Shown in pieces: positions 7,161 through 16,725 of a stretch of 21,366 bases of DNA. The DNA is taken from the NCBI GenBank assembly GCA_043732305.1, contig JAYTHU010000236.1, positions 1 through 21,366 of the forward strand. Reading direction: 5' to 3'. Each line of letters begins with the position of its first letter. Position 1 is the stretch's first letter. The notes under the pieces are model-generated. The model was not told the origin of the DNA, did no database searches, and was given only the letters and a program-made list of their open reading frames with translations. Both the position numbers and the translations under genes were made by a program. Source of the DNA: Oligoflexia bacterium. GTDB lineage: Bacteria > Bdellovibrionota > Bdellovibrionia > JABDDW01.

Positions 7161-8717
7161 CTATTTCAAAAGCTTACGTTTATCGAGACCGTATTTTTCA
7201 ACCTTCATGATGAGGCCGGCGCGAGATATTCCCAATTCCTTGGCCAGTTTGGATTTATTCCAACCTGTGCGACGCAATCCTTCACGGATCATTTCGCGTT
7301 CCAATTCTTCGAGGGCATCTTTGAGTTTGCCGTGAACACGTGCACCTTGAACTTTATTTTTTTCTCCAAATTCCAGGAGACGTGGGCTGAGCATATCGGC
7401 AGTGAGTTTTTGTTCATCACCGGCAAGAACAACCAATCGTTCTATTTCATTCTGAAGTTCGCGAATGTTACCAGGCCATGGGAAATCATAAAGTTTTTCC
7501 AACGCACGCTTGGTGATAATTTTCTTTTTGATTCCCTTTTCTTCAGCAGCTTTTTCCAAAAAGAAATCTGTCAGAAGGGGAATGTCTTCTTTGCGATCTC
7601 TTAGTGGCGGAACGCGAATGTTAATGACGTTGATGCGATAATATAAATCTTCGCGGAAGGTTCCTTTTTCAACCATGTCTTTTAGATCACGGTTCGTCGC
7701 AGCCAAGATGCGCACGTCAACTTTGCGAGTTTCAGTAGCACCAACGGGCAGGAATGTCCCTTCTTGAATCACGCGCAAGAGTTTGACTTGCATGCTGGGA
7801 GATGTGTCCCCGATTTCGTCGAGAAAGAAAGTTCCTTTATCAGCAACTTCAAACAGACCTTTTTTATCTTTGATCGCGCCTGTGAAAGACCCTTTGACGT
7901 GTCCAAATAATTCGGAATCGAGCAAGTTTTCATTGAAGGCAGAACAGTTCTGACTGACAAACGTTTTATCTTTGCGAGGAGAATTGTAATGAATCGCTTT
8001 AGCGATCAACTCTTTACCCGTTCCGTTTTCACCGTTAACAAGAACTGTGCTTTCAGAATTTTTGATTTTATCAAGCAGAGAGTAGATCTCTTGCATCAAT
8101 TTGCTTTTACCAATCATGTTGTCGTACTTGTATCTGACTCCCAATTCTTTATTGAGTTCACTGATACGAGTCTCACGGCTTTGAATTTCTGTGTGGAGAG
8201 TGACGACTTCTTGACCAACCAAATCCACGAGTTCAACAAAGTAATTTCTTTCGTCTTCTTTTAGTGCGTGAATTTTTGAGGAAGCTTGCTCGATCTCAGA
8301 AGCATGTGCTCCAAAGGCCAGCATTTGCCGTTTCATATTCTCTAGTTTTTCTGGAGTAATTTTATCTTTGAAAAATCCAAGAGCAACAACGCTGCCCATG
8401 AACTCACCATCAATGATGATGGGGAAGATTGCGGCATCGTAACCGGCGTCAGTCCATTCTTTAACAGCGTAACGTTCGTTGGACTTTCGCAAATCTTCGA
8501 TAATAACTTTCACGAAAGCGGCTAAACTTTCCACGCCCTTGTCTTTTGACAGTACGCTTTTGACAGCAGGGTTAAAAAAAGAATGTTTATCTTTATTGAA
8601 TCCACGAAGTAATCCACGGTCATCAGTAAATAGGGTGTCTATGCCCCACCATTGCTGAATAATAGCTTTGAGTTTCTGAATGACGTGTATGTGTTCAAAC
8701 TCGTCCCAATTGATCAT
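7161..8717 (-). CDS. sigma54-dependent enhancer-binding activator (PocR/GAF-like sensor, AAA+, Fis HTH)
   Basis: Walker A GENGTGKE, ELFGHVKGSFTGA, Walker B FFLDEIG, FREDLYYR, WPGNIRELQN, HTH NKSKLAKELGISR. N-terminus has FTDDRG and FPIIIDGEFMG, with no receiver motif. SD AAGGAG. Confidence 0.95.
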   Translation of the reverse strand: MINWDEFEHIHVIQKLKAIIQQWWGIDTLFTDDRGLLRGFNKDKHSFFNPAVKSVLSKDKGVESLAAFVKVIIEDLRKSNERYAVKEWTDAGYDAAIFPIIIDGEFMGSVVALGFFKDKITPEKLENMKRQMLAFGAHASEIEQASSKIHALKEDERNYFVELVDLVGQEVVTLHTEIQSRETRISELNKELGVRYKYDNMIGKSKLMQEIYSLLDKIKNSESTVLVNGENGTGKELIAKAIHYNSPRKDKTFVSQNCSAFNENLLDSELFGHVKGSFTGAIKDKKGLFEVADKGTFFLDEIGDTSPSMQVKLLRVIQEGTFLPVGATETRKVDVRILAATNRDLKDMVEKGTFREDLYYRINVINIRVPPLRDRKEDIPLLTDFFLEKAAEEKGIKKKIITKRALEKLYDFPWPGNIRELQNEIERLVVLAGDEQKLTADMLSPRLLEFGEKNKVQGARVHGKLKDALEELEREMIREGLRRTGWNKSKLAKELGISRAGLIMKVEKYGLDKRKLLK

Positions 8718-8769
8718 ATAAAGAGATCTCCTTGATAATGAAAGTTTCTCGCAAAAACTGTCTTACTAT

Positions 8770-8796
8770 TTATCGTCAATATTTCAGACAAGTTTA
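8770..8796 (-). promoter_or_regulatory. sigma28 (FliA) promoter of the sigma54 activator
   Basis: Minus strand TAAA-N15-GACGATAA, one mismatch to TAAA-N15-GCCGATAA, 52 nt upstream of the ATG. Confidence 0.75.
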
Positions 8797-9132
8797 GCTG
8801 CAGTTGTATTTATTTTGGTCAACTGCGTTTAATTCCGAGAATCGGAATTTCTAAGTATGGAGAATAAATTGTGAAAATCATTTTGTCCAGACGTAGGTCC
8901 TGAATTAAAGTTCGACGTGCAATTTATTTACAGAAGATTTTTCAAATGTGGTTCCAAAGAAGTTCTCGCAATGCGAAAAGTGGTGCCGACCCGGGACTTA
9001 TTCAATAAAAAAATTCGAAATGTGAACCTGCTGCGTCTCAAGATTTCTAAAACCCTAAATAAATACTTTTTTGTTTAAAAAACTTTAATGGATGTTTCCA
9101 TCTTTAGAATTTGCTTTGTCATTGAGATATTC

Positions 9133-11961
9133 TTAACTAAGTTTTGCGAGGTAATAGCCGGTATGGCTGATGTTTTTTGCTTCGCGGATTTGTTCTGGGG
9201 TCCCTTTGGCGATGATTTGTCCGCCTTCGGATCCGCCCTCAGGACCAAGATCAATGATGTAATCACTTTGTCTGATCACTTCTAGATTGTGTTCAATGAT
9301 GATCACGCTGCCGCCAGAATCAATCAATCGATTGATCACTTTCAAAAGCATTTCGACTTCTCGAAAGTGAAGTCCGGTTGTTGGTTCATCAAGAATGTAA
9401 AGTGTCTGTTTGGATTGCGCGCTCTGAAATTCTTTGGCAATTTTCAAACGCTGAGATTCACCACCACTCAAAGTGTTAGCGGACTGGCCGAGAGTGATGT
9501 AATCAAGACCCACTTCACGCAATAAGCTTAGCGGCCTTCGAATATTTGGATAGTTAACAAAAAAGTCCATGGCTTCGCTTACGGTCAGAGACAAAATGTC
9601 AAAAATGTTTTTCCCGCGATATTTTACTTCGAGAATTTCTTTTTTAAATCGTCTTCCGTCGCAAGTGTCGCATTTCAGAACCACTTCTTCCATGAAGACC
9701 ATGTCTATGGTTTCGGAACCTTCGCCTTTGCAGACGGGGCATCTTCCACCTTCCACGTTAAAGCTAAAATGCCCAGCCGTGTATCCGCGCTGCTTTGCTT
9801 CTGGGATACTGGCCATGATGGACCGGATGTCATCGTACACTTTCAAATAGGTCACAGGATTACTGCGTGAGCTTTTGCCAATTGGTTTTTGATCAATCAA
9901 CATGACGTTTTTCACAAATTCTTTGCCAATAATTTTATTGAACGGCGCCGAGTGTTCAAAATCTGTTCCTAAGACCCTGGCTAGAGCTGGATAGAGAGTA
10001 TCTACAACTAATGTGGACTTTCCACTGCCGCTGACGCCTGTCACGCAGACAAGTCTGTTCAACGGAAAAACAACATCAAGGTTTTTCAAATTGTTTCCGC
10101 GGCACCCAGTGAGTTCAATTTTATATTTAAAATTCTCGATCGCCATCGGACGATTTTCTTTGTGTGGTACCCATTGACGAGTGGGACGCAAATATCCCGC
10201 TGTCAGCGAATCTGGATTGGCTAAAAATTCTTTGGTGGTTTGAGAAAATAATATTTCTCCACCCAAGTGTCCAGAGCCGGGTCCCATCTCAATGACATGA
10301 CTGCTTTGTTCAATGACATCGCGATCATGTTCGACAATCACCAGAGTGTTTCCAAGGCGCTGTAATTTTTTGAGAATGCTGATCAAACGGTCGTTGTCTC
10401 GAGGATGCAAACCGACTGTGGGCTCATCCAACACATAAAGCGTTTGCGAAAGACCCATGCCCAATTGATTGGCCAAATTGATTCTTTGATATTCGCCGCC
10501 GGAAAGCGTGCGCGTTTGACGATCTAGTGAAAGATAATGAACCCCCACTTCAATCAAAAATCCCACCCGTGCGCGAATTTGTTTCAGAACTTCGCCGGCC
10601 ACTTCCAATTGAAATGGCGTTAAATCAACCGAAGCTAAAAAATCTCGAAGTTCTTCCAGTGTCATGCGCGCAACATCAGCAATATTTTTGTCGTGAATAA
10701 AAACTTGTTTGGCTTCTGGCCTTAATCGTGAGCCGGCGCAGGTCTCGCATAAAAATGGGCTCTTGTAGCGAGATAGAAAAATGCGCACATGCATTTTATA
10801 TTTCTTTTTTTCCAGGCCTTCAAAAAAATCTTCCACCTCGGCCATGAGAATTGTTTTCTGAGCGGGTTTCAGATCTTCCCATGGAGTTTGCGGATTGATT
10901 TTATGCTGTCTGGCAATTTCCATGAGGATGCGCATTTTTTTGCGAGTCGACGGCATGCGGAAAGGCTCAATGCAAAATTCATCGAGACTACCTTTGGGAT
11001 TCGGAATAATTTTATTCTCGTCTATCTTTAGAATATTTCCAAAACCACTGCAAGCAGGGCAAGCTCCATATGGACTGGAAAAACTAAAGAGCCTCGAATT
11101 GATTGGAGGCAAATTGTAATTGCAAACGGAACAGCTATTCTCTTCCGTGAATCTGATTTGTTTTCCTTCAGTGGTTCTTAAAAAACTGTGGCCGCCGCCC
11201 AAATTCTGATTAAATTTCAAGCTCATGCTATAGGCTTGCGCGAAAGAATCGACAATACGTCCGCGAGCTCCTTCGTTTAAAACTAATCGGTCTATTACAA
11301 CGTAGAAATCACCTGTGGGAAGCTTGGATTTTGGATTGATCTCGATCACTTCATCCGCGATTGTAGAAATGGCAGTTACCGCACCAGCACCTTTTGCGGA
11401 TTTAACGGGCTTGCCCGCTTTCATGATGCGAACAAATCCTTCGCGCAAAATCAAATGCAAAAGTTTTGTTCCAGTGACCACACGTGATTTTTCATAAACA
11501 GGAACAAGCAAGTAGGCTCTAGCCTCTGGAAGTTCAGCGATCGCGCGCGTGGCCGCATCACTGACGTTGTCTTTTTCAATTTCACCGTGTCCGTTCGGGC
11601 AAAGCGCTGTTCCAATTTTTTCATACAACAGTCGTAAATAATCTAAAATTTCAGTAGTAGTACCGACGGTTGAGCGTGAATTCTTGACGTGATTTTTTTG
11701 CTCGATCGCAATAGCTGGAGGAATATTCTGAATGAAATCCACATCAGGCTTGGGAGCTTTATTTAAAAATTGGCGAGCATAAGTGGAAAGACTTTCGATG
11801 TAACGTCTTTGCCCTTCTGCATACAAGGTCTCAAAGGCCAGAGAAGATTTCCCTGAGCCTGATGGTCCACAAATAACAGTGAACGTGCCAAGGGGAATTC
11901 TAACTGTGATGTCTTTGAGATTGTTTTGCCTAACGCCCTGGAGAACAATCTCTTTGGTCAA
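9133..11961 (-). CDS. uvrA: Excinuclease ABC subunit A
   Basis: Two ABC ATPase sites (GPSGSGKS, GVSGSGKS), LYAEGQRRYIESLS, two LSGGE, two LDEPT, CxxC zinc modules. TTG start overlaps the PBP1A TGA, with SD AGAGGA. Confidence 0.96.
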   Translation of the reverse strand: MTKEIVLQGVRQNNLKDITVRIPLGTFTVICGPSGSGKSSLAFETLYAEGQRRYIESLSTYARQFLNKAPKPDVDFIQNIPPAIAIEQKNHVKNSRSTVGTTTEILDYLRLLYEKIGTALCPNGHGEIEKDNVSDAATRAIAELPEARAYLLVPVYEKSRVVTGTKLLHLILREGFVRIMKAGKPVKSAKGAGAVTAISTIADEVIEINPKSKLPTGDFYVVIDRLVLNEGARGRIVDSFAQAYSMSLKFNQNLGGGHSFLRTTEGKQIRFTEENSCSVCNYNLPPINSRLFSFSSPYGACPACSGFGNILKIDENKIIPNPKGSLDEFCIEPFRMPSTRKKMRILMEIARQHKINPQTPWEDLKPAQKTILMAEVEDFFEGLEKKKYKMHVRIFLSRYKSPFLCETCAGSRLRPEAKQVFIHDKNIADVARMTLEELRDFLASVDLTPFQLEVAGEVLKQIRARVGFLIEVGVHYLSLDRQTRTLSGGEYQRINLANQLGMGLSQTLYVLDEPTVGLHPRDNDRLISILKKLQRLGNTLVIVEHDRDVIEQSSHVIEMGPGSGHLGGEILFSQTTKEFLANPDSLTAGYLRPTRQWVPHKENRPMAIENFKYKIELTGCRGNNLKNLDVVFPLNRLVCVTGVSGSGKSTLVVDTLYPALARVLGTDFEHSAPFNKIIGKEFVKNVMLIDQKPIGKSSRSNPVTYLKVYDDIRSIMASIPEAKQRGYTAGHFSFNVEGGRCPVCKGEGSETIDMVFMEEVVLKCDTCDGRRFKKEILEVKYRGKNIFDILSLTVSEAMDFFVNYPNIRRPLSLLREVGLDYITLGQSANTLSGGESQRLKIAKEFQSAQSKQTLYILDEPTTGLHFREVEMLLKVINRLIDSGGSVIIIEHNLEVIRQSDYIIDLGPEGGSEGGQIIAKGTPEQIREAKNISHTGYYLAKLS

Positions 11962-14732
11962 TCTGATAAATCCTCTTTAAAAAAGTTCTTTTCTTCGCTC
12001 GGAGTAGATTCAGTGCTGCTTGAAGTTGGTTCTGTTCCTTCACGGAACGCTTCACGAACTGCTTTTTTACTTTTAACTGAAGCGAGCTTGCCAGTTTCCG
12101 CGTCAATGTTGGCAAATACAATTCCCGTTGGAACGGGGAAATCAAGTGCCGGAGTGTCTGCGACTGCGGTCATCATGTAATCCACCCAAATGGGAAGTGC
12201 GGCGGAGTTACCCGTTTCAAGTCTGCCCAATGGTTTTTCATCATCGTAGCCAACCCAAACGCCTGTAGAAACTTGCGGTGTGAATCCAATGTACCAAGCA
12301 TCAAAATATCCACTGGTTGTTCCCGTTTTTCCACCTGAAGGACGATTGATGGCTTTCGCTCTAAATCCGGTGCCCTCTAGAACAACACCTTTCATCAAAT
12401 GCGTGATGAGGTAAGCCGTCTGGGGAGAAATCAATTGTTCTCGATCTGCAAACTCAAACGGTGCATTGGGATTGAGATTTACCGCTGCCATAATTTCTGG
12501 AGAAGGTGACTGACCAGAAGCTGCAACCACGGCATTAGCTTTTTCAACTGGGGATTTTGCTGCCACTGGATTTGCTAACGCTGCTAATTTTGCATCAAGC
12601 TTAGCTTGTTGTTTAGGATCAAGTTCAATTCCTAATTCCTTTGCAAGCTCTGGATGAAATTCAACTTCAAGTTTATTTAATTCTTTTTCAAACTTTTTAT
12701 CCAAACTTACATTTTCAATCAAAACATTTTGGCCGCTGAAATCAGTGACCTTTCTAATCAGCAAGGGATGAATTCTTTTTCCACCGCGTGGGTATGTGGA
12801 GAGTGCTTTGGTCATTTCATAAAGCGTGATCGAGCTTGAACCTAAAGTCATTGTGAAGTCAGGATTGAGAGGACTGAAGATTCCAAGTCGACGTGCGTAT
12901 TTGGCAACCCACTCGACGCCCATTTTTTCGGTGATTTTAACGGTAGGGATATTCAAAGATTTAATAAGTGCGTTTCTAAATAAAACGTCACCGGAAAATT
13001 TATTCTCAAAATTTCCTGGTTTCCACTTTTTGATTTCTTGTCCTTCGCCTTCTTCATAAATAATCGGCGCATCCACAATCACGGAGTTTGCTTGATAACC
13101 TTTGTCCAGAGCAGCAGCATAAGTGATAGATTTAAAAACAGATCCGGTTTGACGAGCTGCCTGTAAAGCGCGATTATACTCTGATCTTTCAAAATCAGTA
13201 CCACCAACCATGGCCAAAACATCTTGAGTGTTCAAATCGAAACTCAAAAGTGCGCCTTCAACAGTGGGTTCTTGCTCCAATGAGAGCCCAATATATTCTG
13301 CCAGTGACGGATCAAGTGGAGCTGCCTTTGCTGGCTTTTTTCCCTTGGCTGGGGCAGTTGCTAACTTTGTAAGTCTGTCAGAAGTATATTTTTCCGATTT
13401 GATTTTAACTTCAATGATGTCACCAGAAGAAAGTGCTTTTGCGGGATCATGAATTTGCGCCTCCGTCCAATGGCGAGTGGGATCTATTTTGCGCGCCCAA
13501 TTCATATCGTCAATATCAATCAAGCCTTGTGCTTCAGCCACTCTCACGGTGACAAGACCTTGCTTGCTGTCCACTTTGGTGACAACGCCTTCAACAATTT
13601 GTCCTACCTTCAAATAGTCAGGAAGGTTCTTCGCTTTCTTTGCGAGATCTAGAGGCGCGTGCGGAACCTCTTTGGTAGAAACGGCAATCAATTTATACGG
13701 CTGAGTTTTCCCAATCAGCTCGTCACGTTCTTTGAGTAGAAATGCGGCAATATCTTCTGCCTTAGGTAAATTCTTTTTCACACCACGGAAACCTTGGCGC
13801 TTGTCCAGATCACGGAGATTTTTCATTACGGAATCTTGAGCCGCCAATTGTTTTTTTACATCCATGCCGGTGTAAATTCTAATTCCTTCATCAAGAACTT
13901 TTTCTTCACCAAGCTCTTCAACTAAGAACTGTCTGACGGTTTCTTTAAAGAATGGCGCGAGATCTTCGAATTCTTCTTTGTAATAAACTTTGAGAACTTC
14001 TTGCCCAGCAATCTTTGCTTGCTCATGGGTGATGTGATTTTCATCAGCCATGCGATTCAAAACATACAACTGACGTTCTTTGGCTCTGATTGGATTTAGA
14101 AGTGGCGAATATTTTCCAGGAGCTTGAGGTAAACCTGCGAGCATCGCACATTCCGCGATAGTTAAATCTTCCACGTGTTTGCGGAAATAATTTTCGGCCG
14201 CAGCCTCAACTCCGTAAGCTCCGTGACCCAGATAAATTTGGTTCAAATACAAATAGAGAATGTCTTCTTTTTTGAGATGCTTCTCCATGCGAAATGCCAA
14301 TATGGCTTCTTTGATTTTACGCGAAAGCTTTTTCTCGGGAGTGAGCATCAGAGATTTTGCAACCTGTTGGGTGATCGTCGATCCCCCTTGAGCGCTGTGT
14401 CCTGCTTTGATATCGGCCAAAATAGCACGAGCGATCGCAGAAAAATTCAAACCACCGTGTTCAAAGAAATGACTGTCTTCAGCCGAAATAAATGCGTAAA
14501 CAAGTTGCTTTGGAATTTTGCTGTAGGGCATGACGATTCGTTTTTCTCGAAAAAACTCACCGACCTTTTGCCCATCTCGCGAAAACATTTGGCTGACCAC
14601 AAGTGGCTTGTAATCTTCAAGTGTGATCATGCGCGGAAGACTCGCACTCAGAGAGAAGAAAGTGTAGGCGAGGCCCGCGATTACTAGAAAGACTGCAATG
14701 ATTCCGATAGCAACGAAGTTTTTGATTTTCAT
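11958..14732 (-). CDS. mrcA: Class A penicillin-binding protein 1A (transglycosylase, OB-like insert, transpeptidase)
   Basis: N-terminal TM anchor; GT51 motifs EDSHFFEHGG, GGSTITQQVAK, RKIKE; transpeptidase motifs SVFK, SLN, KTGT. Confidence 0.95.
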   Translation of the reverse strand: MKIKNFVAIGIIAVFLVIAGLAYTFFSLSASLPRMITLEDYKPLVVSQMFSRDGQKVGEFFREKRIVMPYSKIPKQLVYAFISAEDSHFFEHGGLNFSAIARAILADIKAGHSAQGGSTITQQVAKSLMLTPEKKLSRKIKEAILAFRMEKHLKKEDILYLYLNQIYLGHGAYGVEAAAENYFRKHVEDLTIAECAMLAGLPQAPGKYSPLLNPIRAKERQLYVLNRMADENHITHEQAKIAGQEVLKVYYKEEFEDLAPFFKETVRQFLVEELGEEKVLDEGIRIYTGMDVKKQLAAQDSVMKNLRDLDKRQGFRGVKKNLPKAEDIAAFLLKERDELIGKTQPYKLIAVSTKEVPHAPLDLAKKAKNLPDYLKVGQIVEGVVTKVDSKQGLVTVRVAEAQGLIDIDDMNWARKIDPTRHWTEAQIHDPAKALSSGDIIEVKIKSEKYTSDRLTKLATAPAKGKKPAKAAPLDPSLAEYIGLSLEQEPTVEGALLSFDLNTQDVLAMVGGTDFERSEYNRALQAARQTGSVFKSITYAAALDKGYQANSVIVDAPIIYEEGEGQEIKKWKPGNFENKFSGDVLFRNALIKSLNIPTVKITEKMGVEWVAKYARRLGIFSPLNPDFTMTLGSSSITLYEMTKALSTYPRGGKRIHPLLIRKVTDFSGQNVLIENVSLDKKFEKELNKLEVEFHPELAKELGIELDPKQQAKLDAKLAALANPVAAKSPVEKANAVVAASGQSPSPEIMAAVNLNPNAPFEFADREQLISPQTAYLITHLMKGVVLEGTGFRAKAINRPSGGKTGTTSGYFDAWYIGFTPQVSTGVWVGYDDEKPLGRLETGNSAALPIWVDYMMTAVADTPALDFPVPTGIVFANIDAETGKLASVKSKKAVREAFREGTEPTSSSTESTPSEEKNFFKEDLSD

Positions 14733-14741
14733 AGGCTTTTT

Positions 14742-14770
14742 AGCCTACTCAAAAACTTCTAAGAGTGCAA
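14742..14770 (-). promoter_or_regulatory. sigma70 promoter of mrcA-uvrA (near-leaderless)
   Basis: Minus strand TTGCAC-N17-TAGGCT, 9 nt before the ATG; no SD. Confidence 0.6.
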
Positions 14771-14772
14771 TG

Positions 14773-14803
14773 GTTACGCATCGCGCGAATCACGCCGCAT
14801 AAC
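14773..14803 (-). terminator. Hairpin downstream of the 575-aa gene (weak terminator or 3' stabiliser)
   Basis: Minus strand GTTATGCG-G-CGTG-ATTCG-CGCG-A-TGCGTAAC pairs using G-U; no clear U-tract. Confidence 0.35.
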
Positions 14804-14816
14804 GACATAATTTAGT

Positions 14817-16544
14817 TCACTTTGCATTGGGATTATGGGGATCGCCAGTACTGGTATTTGGGATAGATGCTCCGTGATCTGTTGATCCATTTTGGGTGGA
14901 AGATGGGCCAAATGTAGGAGATTCGCCAGAGCAATAAAGTTTCTTGTAGTTCGGATTGAGTGCCATTGCTGCAGAAGCCTCTATTGCGGCTCTGTCCGCT
15001 GTATCTTTTTGTTCATCACGTGAGCTAGTGGAGCTGTCAGATGTCAATCCGGCCATACCTTCTAGTCCTTTTTCATTTTGAATCGCCAAATCGTAGGCAT
15101 CCTTAGCATCGTCTCTATCCTCGCCAGCATGCTTTATTTTTTCAGTACAAGTACCTTTGGGACCAGAAAGAGATTGAAGTTCGGCCCGAAGAGAACTTGT
15201 TTTCTGGTTAGCTGCGGCCATTGCGGCAGTACGAGAATCATATGCTCCGGCGTTTTGTTGAGTGTTGTTAATTGTTGCATTCCTCACATCGGTGGTTAAT
15301 TTAGCTACTTGTATGAGGGACTGATTAATCAGCGCGACGAGATTCTGTTGATCGTTTAAATATTTATTATAGGCCGAAGTGAGAACTCCCGAGTTTCTTC
15401 CCATGCACTTTGAAACATAGCTTGTCCAAGTTGCCGCATTTTGGCCAGCATTCCCGCCAACGGCAGCATTGGTAAGAGCTTGCCCAAGTGATTGAGTTTG
15501 ATTTCGCATTCCAGTCTCAAGAGCTGCCTGCTGTGCCTGAATAGTCTGGATATATTTGTCAGCAGCATCATTGCAGGTTTGTCTAATCTGAAGCTGTTTA
15601 TCGTAATATGCTGCTTCGACAGCCTGTTTGTCGGCGCCCTGCAGTTTCTGAACATTTAGCTGTGCGCTCGCTAATTGTACTTTCATTGTATTCAATGCTG
15701 CTGTGGCTTTTGCGTTTTCATCAACCAGTTTATTTTGAAGATCAGCTGCTTTCACGTTGCTATCACTAATAGCAGAATTTAATCTGGAATCAAGACTGAC
15801 TTGGTCCTTAATGCATTCCGCTTTGGTAGTGTCAAAAGCCTTGATCGCTTCTTTATTCTTTGTTTCTGTATCTTTGCGGTCTTTAGTTGCGTCCTCTGAT
15901 AGTTTTGACAAATTTTTAGCTAACTCTTTAATTTTTAATCCTCGGCATGCATCGGATGGGCTGGCTTTTTGTCCATCGATGGCTAGTTGAGCAAAAACTG
16001 CTTTCTGTTTTGTTTTGTAGTCGGCGTTTTCGCTTGTAGGATCAGACGGCGTTTTATATTGGTTTGTGCATACAGCGATATATGATCCCAATTTTGAATC
16101 ATCATTAGATGTGACTATGGAATCATCGGTATTTTCACTGTCCTTGGTTCTCGAAGTAGTTCCTGCATCAGGATCCGCTACTCTTAAAGCGCGAGCGCAT
16201 TTTTCAATTGCGCCGGCTACGTCTCCGCATTCAACATTTTTTGAGCAGTCAGCTAATAGGTCGCAAGATGTCGGCGGCTTATTCGGATCACCTTTTTTAT
16301 CTAAAGTTGTGTAATTACGGCAGGCTTGAACACCGTTGTAAAATTTGTCGCTATTTTGTTCAGCTTTAATCTTGTTGCATGGATCTGTATTATTCCCGTG
16401 TGAAATTAGACAAGCAGTATATTCGGATATCCCACCTTGGGATGTTGCCAAGGCCGCGTTGGCTGCTCCGTCTGCTAGTCCATTATTCGGAAAATTTAAA
16501 AAAATAAATGTAAGTGCCAAAGAAAAAAACTTCAATGTTTTCAC
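14817..16544 (-). CDS. Secreted Cys-rich, long coiled-coil protein of unknown function
   Basis: GTG start with SD AAGGGG; Sec signal (MKTLKFFSLALTFIFL...GLA); 14 Cys; about 290-aa Ala/Gln/Lys-rich helical region. Confidence 0.88.
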   Translation of the reverse strand: MKTLKFFSLALTFIFLNFPNNGLADGAANAALATSQGGISEYTACLISHGNNTDPCNKIKAEQNSDKFYNGVQACRNYTTLDKKGDPNKPPTSCDLLADCSKNVECGDVAGAIEKCARALRVADPDAGTTSRTKDSENTDDSIVTSNDDSKLGSYIAVCTNQYKTPSDPTSENADYKTKQKAVFAQLAIDGQKASPSDACRGLKIKELAKNLSKLSEDATKDRKDTETKNKEAIKAFDTTKAECIKDQVSLDSRLNSAISDSNVKAADLQNKLVDENAKATAALNTMKVQLASAQLNVQKLQGADKQAVEAAYYDKQLQIRQTCNDAADKYIQTIQAQQAALETGMRNQTQSLGQALTNAAVGGNAGQNAATWTSYVSKCMGRNSGVLTSAYNKYLNDQQNLVALINQSLIQVAKLTTDVRNATINNTQQNAGAYDSRTAAMAAANQKTSSLRAELQSLSGPKGTCTEKIKHAGEDRDDAKDAYDLAIQNEKGLEGMAGLTSDSSTSSRDEQKDTADRAAIEASAAMALNPNYKKLYCSGESPTFGPSSTQNGSTDHGASIPNTSTGDPHNPNAK

Positions 16545-16590
16545 TGAGAGCCCCTTTTGAATAAAATAAACATAACTCTGCCTATTGATT

Positions 16591-16618
16591 ATATCGGGGA
16601 ATAAGAATGAAAGCTTTA
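16591..16618 (-). promoter_or_regulatory. sigma28 (FliA)-like promoter of the 575-aa secreted protein
   Basis: Minus strand TAAAG-N15-CCCGATAT, 46 nt upstream of the GTG. Confidence 0.6.
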
Positions 16619-16725
16619 GGACTTAGGTCGAGAAATTGTGATTAGAAATAAAAACAAACAAGCTCTATTTAAAAGTGCGCAAGGCGCATTTGAGATACTG
16701 CGAAAAAGAAACAAGAGAGAAAAAA

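Noticed and set aside
8981..9000. TGGTGCCGACCCGGGACTT resembles the reverse complement of a tRNA 3' end (possible att site)
   Set aside because: One base short for acceptor plus T stem, no TTCGA loop, no cloverleaf and no integrase nearby.
8917..9078. 53-codon plus-strand ORF in the uvrA-activator spacer
   Set aside because: GTG start without SD; Lys/Phe-rich composition expected from AT-rich non-coding DNA.
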